From the NCBI GenBank assembly GCA_002698305.1, contig NZWR01000005.1, forward strand, positions 66,047 through 130,046: 64,000 nt of DNA, read 5' to 3'. Position numbers and translations under genes: made by a program. Below, in pieces: positions 20,079 through 27,571 of this stretch. The stretch is from Candidatus Campbellbacteria bacterium. GTDB taxonomy: Bacteria > Patescibacteriota > Minisyncoccia > Phycocordibacterales > UBA1006. The notes under the pieces were generated by a model, which saw only the letters and a program-made list of their open reading frames with translations, had not been told where the DNA came from and made no database searches. Positions within the stretch are counted from its first letter, which is position 1. Each line of letters begins with the position of its first letter.

Positions 20079-21539
20079 TTATTCAGATTCTTTTTCTAGC
20101 GGCTTAAGTTCAAGATTAAGTTCATCAAGCTGGGTTTGTGATATTTCAGACGGTGACTCTACCATCGGTTCACGACCTTCTCCGTTTTTAGGGAAGGCAA
20201 TAACTTCTCGAATGGTTTTTTCATTTTGAAGAATCATCATAAGTCGATCAAATCCCCATGCGATTCCACCGTGTGGCGGTGTTCCTGAACCAAGTGCCTT
20301 GAGCATGTGTCCAAAATTTTCTTCAATCTTGTCATCTGAATGACCAAGAATTGAAAGAATTGATCTTAATACCTCTGGGTCATGTGCGCGGACTGAACCA
20401 CCCCCAATTTCATACCCATTTAAAGTAATGTCGTACTGCGCAGCGATAATATCAGCAATATTTTCTTTATTTCTAAGGTTACCTACGTGCTCGGGTTTAG
20501 ACAGTGAGAATGGATTATGGGTGAAAGTCCACTCCCCTTGTGCTTGGGGGTCATCAGAATCTGCTGTTTTCTCAAAGAATGGGAAATCAACAATCCACGC
20601 AAAGGCCAGAAGATTTGGATCGTCTTTATCCTCTCTAATATCTGGTCGATCGTTTCCATATTTTTCCATTGCCTCAGCATACGGAATACGCGGAAACGGA
20701 ACTTGCTGAATACGTTTTTCTGGATAGAGTTCGGTAACAATTTTAATAAGAAGTTCCTCATTCATCTGCATTACCTCTTCTTCGGTTACAAATGACATTT
20801 CAAGATCAAGCTGGGTAAATTCAGGTTGACGGTCACCGCGCAGATCTTCATCACGCATACATCGTGCAAACTGGAAATACCGTTCCATTCCGGATGACAT
20901 CAACAGTTGTTTGTATTGTTGGGGTGACTGAGGCAGCGCATAAAAATTATGTGGAGTTAATCGTGACGGCACAATATAATCCCGGGCTCCTTCTGGTGTT
21001 GATTTGGTAAGCATAGGTGTTTCTAATTCACAGAATCCTTGTTCATCAAGATAATCTCGACACAGCTTAGCGACGTTATGACGCATGCGCATATTTGTCT
21101 GCATCCGTTCTGTTCGCAAGTCTAAATATCGATTTTTAAGTCGCACTTCTTCGTTGGTATCTTGTGTTGATTCGGTAATCTCAAATACTGGTGTTTCTGC
21201 TTTGTTTAGAATTTCAAATCCAGTTATCTCAAGTTCAACATCTTTGATAAAGAAATCTCGAATTCCGGTTTGAGCTTCGTGTTCTTTAAATTCTTTGGCA
21301 TTTTTATCGTTACGTTCGTTAACGATTCCTGTTACCGCTACCACCCACTCTGGGCGAAGTGTTTTTGCGATTTCAAGTACATCAGGTTTACCAAATACAA
21401 CCCCTTGCACCTTCCCTGTTCCATCACGAAAATCAAAAAATGCCATTTTCCCCTGATCACGAGCTACGTCTACCCATCCCTTTATGGTGACTTCATTACC
21501 TAGCTCTTTTCCTAAATTTTTAATTAATGTTCGTTTCAT
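20079..21539 (-). CDS. aspS: Aspartate--tRNA ligase, bacterial type but lacking the GAD insertion domain
   Basis: OB-fold N-domain, motif 2 RCMRDEDLRGDRQPEFTQLD and motif 3 GGIAWGFDRLMMIL. The segment YGNDRPDIREDKDDPNLLAFAWIVDFPFFE joins directly where E. coli AspRS carries a domain of about 130 aa. Start is taken at MKRTLIKNL (track uses an upstream TTG at 21557). Confidence 0.9.
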   Translation of the reverse strand: MKRTLIKNLGKELGNEVTIKGWVDVARDQGKMAFFDFRDGTGKVQGVVFGKPDVLEIAKTLRPEWVVAVTGIVNERNDKNAKEFKEHEAQTGIRDFFIKDVELEITGFEILNKAETPVFEITESTQDTNEEVRLKNRYLDLRTERMQTNMRMRHNVAKLCRDYLDEQGFCELETPMLTKSTPEGARDYIVPSRLTPHNFYALPQSPQQYKQLLMSSGMERYFQFARCMRDEDLRGDRQPEFTQLDLEMSFVTEEEVMQMNEELLIKIVTELYPEKRIQQVPFPRIPYAEAMEKYGNDRPDIREDKDDPNLLAFAWIVDFPFFEKTADSDDPQAQGEWTFTHNPFSLSKPEHVGNLRNKENIADIIAAQYDITLNGYEIGGGSVRAHDPEVLRSILSILGHSDDKIEENFGHMLKALGSGTPPHGGIAWGFDRLMMILQNEKTIREVIAFPKNGEGREPMVESPSEISQTQLDELNLELKPLEKESE

Positions 21540-21559
21540 TGTGAATTTTTGAAGCAATT

Positions 21560-21704
21560 AAAAAATCGCTTGCATTATATTATTGCTAACAAATGCAGGG
21601 ACGATTGTGATACCGCGGTGCCACCCTGGTTCCCTCTTGTATATTAAGGGCGCTCTTGTGTTAAGTTAAGACCTCGGCTTTGTCAGTGCTTCATTGGTAA
21701 GTAA
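21560..21704 (-). promoter_or_regulatory. T-box leader (tRNA-sensing transcription attenuator) upstream of aspS
   Basis: Minus strand reads AACCAGGGTGGCACCGCGG (21631..21613), close to the T-box consensus AAnnAGGGUGGnACCGCG. Antiterminator: CAGGG[TGGCACC]GCGG-loop-TCGTCCCTG. Alternative terminator: TCGTCCCTGCATT / AATGCAAGCGA followed by TTTTTT (21565..21560). GACA (Asp codon plus purine) at 21684..21681 is a specifier candidate. TGATACAAT extended -10 lies at 21713..21705. Confidence 0.65.
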
Positions 21705-21747
21705 ATTGTATCAAAATAGACAAATAAAAAAAGCAGTACGTTCTTTT

Positions 21748-21909
21748 TTATTTCCTGCTTTGGTATTGATCTAGGTGGTCATCCTTATATAATTCATCAA
21801 GCTCATCTTGGGATAAATCAAGCGTGGATTTATGTACCTCTTCATCTTGATTCTCATTTCCATCTTTTTTTGGTCTATCAAAATTTAATTTGAATTGTTC
21901 TCCTTCCAT
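21748..21909 (-). CDS. Small acidic hypothetical protein (53 aa, below ORF-track cutoff)
   Basis: The ATG lies 1 nt after the stop of the upstream gene. Product is MEGEQFKLNFDRPKKDGNENQDEEVHKSTLDLSQDELDELYKDDHLDQYQSRK*. No homology recognised. Confidence 0.25.
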   Translation of the reverse strand: MEGEQFKLNFDRPKKDGNENQDEEVHKSTLDLSQDELDELYKDDHLDQYQSRK

Positions 21910-21910
21910 A

Positions 21911-22288
21911 TTACTCTCTTTTTCTAAATGCTAATAATAGTATTCCCCCAACAATCAGTGCCGACACCCCATCTACAATGTTTTCTTTTTGACTATTTTT
22001 GAATCGTACTTTTTCCTCCTCTGTTTTTTCTTCAAGACAGGTAGCTATTTCTTCTTCAGATGCTTGTGCTTCCTTGGAATCCTCCGTGGTATCAGTATCG
22101 ATAGCATAATTAAAATGCTTATACCTACATTGATCTTCTGAGATAAAGCTATACGGACTTGTTTCAAAAAGAGCGAGTTTTAATGATGAGCTAACTGCCA
22201 TTATTCCCCCTACTGATGTGATAATTATCCCTGCAACAAATGCAAGTGAGGGTACCAGACGAGCCATCCAATGTTTTGTATCTGACAT
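21911..22288 (-). CDS. Hypothetical membrane protein
   Basis: 125 aa with TM helices at the N- and C-termini and an acidic central region. Confidence 0.45.
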   Translation of the reverse strand: MSDTKHWMARLVPSLAFVAGIIITSVGGIMAVSSSLKLALFETSPYSFISEDQCRYKHFNYAIDTDTTEDSKEAQASEEEIATCLEEKTEEEKVRFKNSQKENIVDGVSALIVGGILLLAFRKRE

Positions 22289-22313
22289 ACTAAAAGTATA
22301 ACAAAAAAGCAGC

Positions 22314-23294
22314 CTAGAGGCCTACTTTCTCTCGTACTTCTTTCATCTTTTCTCTTCCGATAGCTTGAATTTTCGTTCTCCCTTCATCGAGAATTTGTCT
22401 CACAATACCTGGATTATCTTCATAATACTTTCTTTTTGCCCTCATTGGTGTAATAAATGCCAGATAATTTTTAAGAAGCATTTTTTTTGAATCACCGTAC
22501 CCAAGACCACCATCTTCATACCCTTTTTTAATCTCAGAAAGCTCTGGTTCAGGAGTTATTAATCTGTGAAGGGCAAAGACATTACATTCATCTGGGTTCT
22601 TTGGCTCTTCAGGTAGTTTACTATCAGTAACAATACCCATGATTGCTTTTTTAATTTCTGCATCAGTGCCAAACAATGGAATAGTATTTCCATATGATTT
22701 AGACATTTTTTGTCCGTCTGTTCCTGGGACGGTTTGTGTTGACTCTACAACATGTTCTTCTGGTTCACTAAAGGTGTTTCCATAGGTGTTATTGAATTTA
22801 CGTGCTATTTCTCGCGCCATCTCAACATGCTGAATCTGGTCTTTACCAACAGGAACTATTTGACTGTTGGGTAGTAAAATATCTGCAGCCATAAGAACTG
22901 GATAATTGAAAAGCCCTACTGTCGCCTCAATCCCTCTTTCTGATTTATCCTTAAACGCATGAGCCCTTTCAAGCCATGGTACGGTTACGAGGCAATTAAA
23001 CATCCACGTAAGCTCGGTAAGCTCAGGAATATCAGATTGACGATACAGTGTAACTTTTTCAGGGTCAAGACCGATCGCAAGGTAATCAAGGATAAGATTG
23101 TGAATATTTTCTTTAAGAGTTTTTTTGTCTTGGACTGTTGTCATTGCGTGATACTCAGCAACAAAAACATGCAGATTAAATTCATCCTGCATTTCTACAA
23201 ACTGCTTCATGGCACCAAAATAATTACCGATATGTGGTGTACCTGTTGGCTGAATTCCTGAAAGAGCTATTTTTTTGTTATTTTCCTTCATCAT
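22314..23294 (-). CDS. trpS: Tryptophan--tRNA ligase
   Basis: SGIQPTGTPHIGNYFG (HIGH) and DGQKMSKSYGN (KMSKS). Start is taken at MMKENNKK (track ORF extends to 23360, into the upstream gene). Confidence 0.9.
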   Translation of the reverse strand: MMKENNKKIALSGIQPTGTPHIGNYFGAMKQFVEMQDEFNLHVFVAEYHAMTTVQDKKTLKENIHNLILDYLAIGLDPEKVTLYRQSDIPELTELTWMFNCLVTVPWLERAHAFKDKSERGIEATVGLFNYPVLMAADILLPNSQIVPVGKDQIQHVEMAREIARKFNNTYGNTFSEPEEHVVESTQTVPGTDGQKMSKSYGNTIPLFGTDAEIKKAIMGIVTDSKLPEEPKNPDECNVFALHRLITPEPELSEIKKGYEDGGLGYGDSKKMLLKNYLAFITPMRAKRKYYEDNPGIVRQILDEGRTKIQAIGREKMKEVREKVGL

Positions 23295-24153
23295 TGTTAT
23301 TTTTCTGAATGTTATACACAACACGTGTTTGATACGGAATTTCGATTTTATGTTGCTCAAAAGCTTTTTTGAGCCGTTTTCGCATCTCCCCAGCTACAAG
23401 ATACTGCTGTTTTGGATATACCTTACCTAAAATGCGTGCTTTGATTGCGTTATCTGAGAAATCATCAATTCGCAGAAAATGTGGAGCTTCAATAATATGA
23501 TGATTAAATTCAGGGTCATCATATAGTTCCTGCCCTACAGAATCAATAACCTCTTTCAGATGTTCTACTTTGGTGTTATAGCCAACATCAACAATGATAT
23601 CTACCATTGAATAATCCATTGATTTATTTGATGCGACTTTTATTTCACCGTTTGGAATATAGTGAACAGTTCCGTTTAGTTGCCGTAGCTTTGTAACACG
23701 TAAGGTCATTCCCTCAACCGTTCCATAGTGTTCACCAACCTGCACCACGTCCCCAATTCTGAACTGATTTTCAGCTATAATAAAAAGACCGTTGATAATA
23801 TCTTTTACAAGTGATTGTGAACCAAAACCAAGCGCTACTCCTAAAATCCCAGCCCCAGTTAACAGTGGCGCAATAGGGACCCCAAGAGAATCAAGAAGTA
23901 CCAAGAATGCAGCAATCCAAATAAGAATCCCAAAGAAATTTTGTGAGATTTTTATTAGCGTATCCTCTCTTTTTTTCTCTTCTTCTGGTGAAATAAATGA
24001 GCCGCGTGGGATCATTCTGCGTACAATCCGCGTGATGATTGAGTTCATAAAATGCGACACTACCCACGTTACTATAAAAACCAAGAGAACAATCAACGCA
24101 TTCTCAACTAACCACAGTTCAACTGTGGTTATTATGTTTGTTAAACTTTCCAT
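23278..24153 (-). CDS. Mechanosensitive ion channel, MscS family
   Basis: Three TM helices followed by FRIGDVVQVGEHYGTVEGMTLRVTKLR, the MscS beta-domain signature. Confidence 0.85.
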   Translation of the reverse strand: MESLTNIITTVELWLVENALIVLLVFIVTWVVSHFMNSIITRIVRRMIPRGSFISPEEEKKREDTLIKISQNFFGILIWIAAFLVLLDSLGVPIAPLLTGAGILGVALGFGSQSLVKDIINGLFIIAENQFRIGDVVQVGEHYGTVEGMTLRVTKLRQLNGTVHYIPNGEIKVASNKSMDYSMVDIIVDVGYNTKVEHLKEVIDSVGQELYDDPEFNHHIIEAPHFLRIDDFSDNAIKARILGKVYPKQQYLVAGEMRKRLKKAFEQHKIEIPYQTRVVYNIQKNNNDEGK

Positions 24154-24187
24154 AGCCTAAATTGTAACATATTCACGATGAGCAATC

Positions 24188-24955
24188 CTATTGTTGTTGC
24201 CGCTTCCACTCATACATAGCAATTGCTGCAGCTACTGATACATTGAGAGACTCAATAGTATGCTCCATAGGAATAGAAACTATGAAATCAGCGTTATCGC
24301 GAACTTTTTCAGACACCCCCTTCCCTTCAGATCCTACAACAAGCACGGTTGCTGTATCAAATGTATGATTCCAAAGAGAAAGTGGCTTTTTCGCGTGTTC
24401 GTCCATATCAATTGCGGTAACCCAAAACCGTGCCTCCTTAAGTTTGCTAATAGCTTGGTTAATATTAGAAACACGTACTACCGGAACATGTATCAATGCA
24501 CCTGCTGATGTTTTATACACAGTCCCGTTAATAGGTGCTTGTCTGTCTTTTGAGACAATAACACCAGCAACCCCAAGCGCTGCTGCACTGCGCAGAATAG
24601 CCCCAAAATTGTGAGTATCTTCAATATGATCAAGAACAAGAACACATGGATTGCTTTCAGTATCAAGTTGATCAAACCACTTATCAAAATCAACATAATC
24701 TGCCTGCTTTAAAAGAGCGATGACCCCTTGATCGTTAACGTCACCGACGTACTCTTCTATTTTCGCCTTGGTCACTGGGTTAACAGGAATTTTATGATCT
24801 TTAGCATAGGCTTTAAGTTCCTTAAAGTCATTTTCGTATTTTGCCATCGTATTTGATACGAATACGCGCATGACATTATCTGGATTCCGCATAAGTTGTT
24901 CTTCAACTGGCTTTTTACCAAAAATATAAAAATGAGATGTTTTTTTTCGTTTCAT
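24188..24955 (-). CDS. rlmB: SpoU/TrmH-class 23S rRNA 2'-O-ribose methyltransferase (RlmB-like)
   Basis: N-terminal L30e-like substrate-binding domain plus SPOUT motifs LDHIEDTHNFGAILRSA, VVGSEGKGVS and ESLNVSVAAAIAMYE. Confidence 0.8.
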   Translation of the reverse strand: MKRKKTSHFYIFGKKPVEEQLMRNPDNVMRVFVSNTMAKYENDFKELKAYAKDHKIPVNPVTKAKIEEYVGDVNDQGVIALLKQADYVDFDKWFDQLDTESNPCVLVLDHIEDTHNFGAILRSAAALGVAGVIVSKDRQAPINGTVYKTSAGALIHVPVVRVSNINQAISKLKEARFWVTAIDMDEHAKKPLSLWNHTFDTATVLVVGSEGKGVSEKVRDNADFIVSIPMEHTIESLNVSVAAAIAMYEWKRQQQ

Positions 24956-25008
24956 GGTATGTAGTGTATATGATTTTCTTGTTTTTGGTATAGGAAGCTA
25001 TTAAATAC

Positions 25009-25038
25009 AAAAAAACAATACTCAAGGTATTGTTTTTT
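25009..25038. terminator. Hairpin with flanking A/T runs (native terminator downstream of the tRNA-Ala site)
   Basis: aaaaaacaatac-tcaag-gtattgtttttt. Confidence 0.45.
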
Positions 25039-25039
25039 G

Positions 25040-25090
25040 CGTTTCGAGTGGACCTGACAGGACTCGAACCTGCCACCTCGTCAGTGCAAG
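25040..25090 (-). repeat. att site copy 1: orphan 3' half of tRNA-Ala (51-bp direct repeat)
   Basis: Identical at 51/51 positions to 28220..28270 (period 3180 bp). Corresponds to tRNA positions 32-73 plus 9 nt of trailer. No matching 5' half follows. Confidence 0.9.
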
Positions 25091-25117
25091 GTTTGTCTAG
25101 AGGCTTATTTGGCTCTC

Positions 25118-25140
25118 AAACCTTATTTTATAAGGGTTTT
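25118..25140. repeat. Hairpin motif, inverted copy of the 28191..28218 hairpin
   Basis: The reverse complement of aaaccttattttataagggtttt is AAACCCTTATAAAATAAGGTTT. This matches AAACCCTTATAAAATAAGGGTTT at 28194..28216 except for one missing G. Confidence 0.5.
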
Positions 25141-25315
25141 GGAAAATTCTGAGGTATCTATTTGCCTTATTTTTTACTAGCCCGTCAGGAACCACTTTTC
25201 TCTTGGTATTACAACATTCAATACAGGTTAAATCTGATTAAATATCGACATCATAATTATATCATATTGTCTTCATCTACATTGTAGCTTGATTTAGTAA
25301 CCAGAAGATACTGTC

Positions 25316-25344
25316 AATAAAAAGACCTGCATTTCTGCAGATCT
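25316..25344 (-). terminator. Intrinsic terminator of the int-ncRNA-RT unit
   Basis: Minus strand reads AGATCTGCA-GAAA-TGCAGGTCT (9-bp stem with one G:U) followed by TTTTTATT. Lies 7 nt after the RT stop. Confidence 0.75.
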
Positions 25345-25350
25345 TAGATT

Positions 25351-26250
25351 TCACTTAATTTTTGTTTTAAATTCTTGATAAAGCTCTAGAACTTTTTGCT
25401 CAGTTCTATTGAGCTTCCTTCCTTTCGATACAGATAAGAACAATCCCATCTTCCCATGAATTATTTGTGGGCTAATATTAGTTTTCTCTTTAAGTACAAG
25501 ATTTAGTAAACCTCTAATATGAGATAAATAGTGTCTTGGTGTAAATATCACATAAGAGCTACTAGTTTTTCTTAATCCTATACCATTTATTTCTATAGCT
25601 TTTTTATGTAAATCACCAAGATGTGTCTTCTTAATGTTTATCTGGAACTCACCCTCCCTTACGATATTTAAGAGTTTCTTCCTCTTTTTTCTACCAATAG
25701 GAAATTCAGAAGAGAATGTTAAGTCATCTAAGTAACGAGAGTAGGTTATGGAATGCATGTCACAATACTTTCTTAACGATTCATCAATTTTTTTTTCGCA
25801 ATAAATATTAAAGAGTAGAGGAGAAAGTGGTGCTCCTACAACAAGCCCTCCATCTTCACTCATACAATATCGTAGAAAAAATTGCTCTATCATTTCCTCT
25901 TCAATGATTTCTATAAAATACTCTCGAGTAGCTTCTATGAGTAAATCCAATTTAACATTCCCATAAGCGTTAGAAATATCTGTCATAAACCAATATCGTG
26001 GATAAAACGGTTTATGAGATGACTTTGTTTGACGCTTGTGACGCATTAGGTTTCTTTTAGGTGAATTCCCTGGCAAACCACCAGCAGCACTTGGTAAAAT
26101 AATTTCTTGTTTTTTAAACCAGTTCAAAATTTCGTAATGTATTTCTTTCATGGGTTCATTTGGCACCCATATTTTTCTTTTCTTAGTCTGACCACTAATG
26201 TTATTAACATCACTGATATAAACCTTCTGAAATGTGGGTGTTGAATCCAT
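25351..26250 (-). CDS. Reverse transcriptase, compact retron/UG-like (RT domain only, 299 aa)
   Basis: RT motifs in order: KRKIWVPNEPMKEIHYEIL (RT1), LPGNSPKRNLMRH (NAxxH-like, RT2), WFMTDISNAYGNV (RT3), GLVVGAPLSPLLFNIYCEKKID (RT4), YSRYLDDLTFSS (RT5, YxDD), INIKKTHL (RT6) and IEINGIGLRK (position of the retron VTG motif). No maturase, endonuclease or other appended domain. Confidence 0.85.
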   Translation of the reverse strand: MDSTPTFQKVYISDVNNISGQTKKRKIWVPNEPMKEIHYEILNWFKKQEIILPSAAGGLPGNSPKRNLMRHKRQTKSSHKPFYPRYWFMTDISNAYGNVKLDLLIEATREYFIEIIEEEMIEQFFLRYCMSEDGGLVVGAPLSPLLFNIYCEKKIDESLRKYCDMHSITYSRYLDDLTFSSEFPIGRKKRKKLLNIVREGEFQINIKKTHLGDLHKKAIEINGIGLRKTSSSYVIFTPRHYLSHIRGLLNLVLKEKTNISPQIIHGKMGLFLSVSKGRKLNRTEQKVLELYQEFKTKIK

Positions 26251-26303
26251 TTTATATAGTTTTAGTTTTTTAAATTAAAACATATATTAATTTATAAGTA
26301 AAT

Positions 26304-26328
26304 AAGCCCACCATGTTCTGGTGGGCTT
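26304..26328 (-). terminator. GC-rich hairpin between the ncRNA region and the RT start (attenuator/terminator or structural element)
   Basis: Minus strand reads AAGCCCACCA-GAACA-TGGTGGGCTT (10-bp perfect stem) followed by ATTTACTT. The U-tract is weak. Confidence 0.35.
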
Positions 26329-26339
26329 TGATTCAGTGA

Positions 26340-26555
26340 GGAAGGTCTGAAGGACGAGTAAGATTCTGAGATGAGGTCGTTTATTATCTCTAATAAGAAA
26401 GAAAAAAGAAAAACGTACTCCTTTTCATAAAAGGTTTCCTTAAGAAAAACCTTATTTTGTCACATGGGTGGCAAAATGATCTCATACCATAACTTATAAA
26501 GCTGGCATTGTGTAGGTAGGAAATAGGGCTCCTCTGCCTTTGTTTCAAACCTTCC
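26340..26555 (-). ncRNA. Candidate RT-associated structured ncRNA (msr-msd-like template RNA)
   Basis: Minus-strand GGAAGGTTTGAA (26555..26544) pairs with TTCAGACCTTCC (26351..26340): 12 bp with one G:U, enclosing about 190 nt. Internal hairpins: ATTTTGCCAC-CCAT-GTGACAAAAT (26477..26454), AAGGTTT...AAACCTT / CCTTTT-ATG-AAAAGG (26453..26420). A 5' hairpin GTCCGA-TTC-TCGGAC lies at 26573..26559. The region is directly downstream of a consensus promoter and upstream of the RT. No folding or expression data. Confidence 0.4.
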
Positions 26556-26600
26556 TTTGTCCGAGAATCGGACGGTTTATTTTCATTTGGGTTCATTATG

Positions 26601-26629
26601 ATTATAACTACTTTCAGTGTTATATGCAA
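26601..26629 (-). promoter_or_regulatory. Sigma-70-type promoter reading toward the ncRNA region and RT
   Basis: Minus strand: TTGCAT (26629..26624), 17-nt spacer, TATAAT (26606..26601). Lies 10 nt downstream of the integrase stop. Confidence 0.5.
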
Positions 26630-26638
26630 TTAATAATT

Positions 26639-27571
26639 TTAAAATGAAAGCTTATCAATATACACCCGCGCATTCTCAGAGCCAATAGATCTCACATACC
26701 GATCCGTCATCGTCACACTGCTGTGCCCAAGTGCTGACTTAATACTCACAATATCTGCATTGTTTTGTGCGAGAGAGGTAGCGAAGGTGTGGCGCAAGCT
26801 ATGAGTAGAAAAAGAAACTCCAGAAAGTGCTTTATACTTTTCTACCCAGGCTTTAAGTCCGTGAGTAGTGAGCCCAGTGTCTTGTTTACTTGAGATAAAT
26901 AGATACGCTGCTTTAGATTTTCGTTTACACAGTAACTTGAAATACGCTCTTAGGGAGAGTGTTAAGAGTGGGTTCATCGGAATATGTCGCCCTCTTCTTG
27001 ATTTAGATGACTGGGCTTTGATAAAAAGGAGCCGCTGGTCGAAATCTATATCAAAGGTTCGAAGGCCAAGTAGTTCCCCTCTTCGTATACCGGTATAGAT
27101 CAGAGTGTAGAAGAGAGCGATATTACGTGCTCGCAAAAAATCATTCTGTGGGTTAGCTAGTGAGATGGTAGCGATTAATGACTCTATTTGCTTTTTAGAG
27201 AGTGCTTTAACGTCACTGTAGTGTGGCTGCTGAGGCTTGGGTACCTTGTTGTAGAGTGTGCCAGGCGTGAGGTATCCTTGATGCTCTAGCCACTTAAAGA
27301 AGGCGTTTAGTTTTGAATGGTAGGTGTAGATGGTTGATCGCTTCACTTCCCTGCTTTCTTCCTGTGCTCTTCGGTGAATACGTTTATGGAACTCGACGAT
27401 GATGCTTGGTGACAGATGGTCTAGTGACTGTACCTCCGGCATTGTTTTGAGAAAGTTCTTCAGTACATCTCGATAGCTTCTGAGGGTTTCTGATTGTAAG
27501 CATCGAGCGAACTGAGCTTCTTGTAAATAGACGTAGCAGTAGTAATTAATTTGGTTTGATGTGTTATTCAT
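26639..27571 (-). CDS. int: Tyrosine recombinase / phage-type integrase
   Basis: N-terminal SAM-like core-binding domain. Catalytic region TGIRRGELLGL (Arg I), HSLRHTFATSL (HxxR) and LGHSSVTMTDRYV (His, Tyr nucleophile). Confidence 0.9.
   Translation of the reverse strand: MNNTSNQINYYCYVYLQEAQFARCLQSETLRSYRDVLKNFLKTMPEVQSLDHLSPSIIVEFHKRIHRRAQEESREVKRSTIYTYHSKLNAFFKWLEHQGYLTPGTLYNKVPKPQQPHYSDVKALSKKQIESLIATISLANPQNDFLRARNIALFYTLIYTGIRRGELLGLRTFDIDFDQRLLFIKAQSSKSRRGRHIPMNPLLTLSLRAYFKLLCKRKSKAAYLFISSKQDTGLTTHGLKAWVEKYKALSGVSFSTHSLRHTFATSLAQNNADIVSIKSALGHSSVTMTDRYVRSIGSENARVYIDKLSF

Noticed and set aside
21640-21704. Attempt to draw a full Stem I / specifier loop for the aspS T-box.
   Set aside because: I could not find a convincing helix by eye. 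Only the GACA specifier candidate and the T-box/antiterminator/terminator part are claimed.
25040-25090. Possible tRNA pseudogene.
   Set aside because: It is only the 3' 42 nt of tRNA-Ala plus trailer and is an exact copy of 28220..28270. It is better explained as the att duplication created by integration than as an independent decayed tRNA gene.
25351-26250. RT as part of a diversity-generating retroelement (common in CPR genomes).
   Set aside because: RT4 reads GAPLSPLLFN rather than the DGR-typical I/LGxxxSQ. I see no TR/VR repeat pair and no target gene with a variable C-terminus in or near the element. A computed repeat search would be needed to exclude it fully.
26390-26629. Track ORF of 79 aa on the RT strand between the integrase and the RT.
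   Set aside because: Not called as a CDS. Its first codon is inside the -35 hexamer and the next ATG starts only 5 nt after the -10. The sequence is low-complexity and basic, and it coincides with hairpins and the long-range helix. The unusual stop-free length is kept as a finding rather than dismissed outright.
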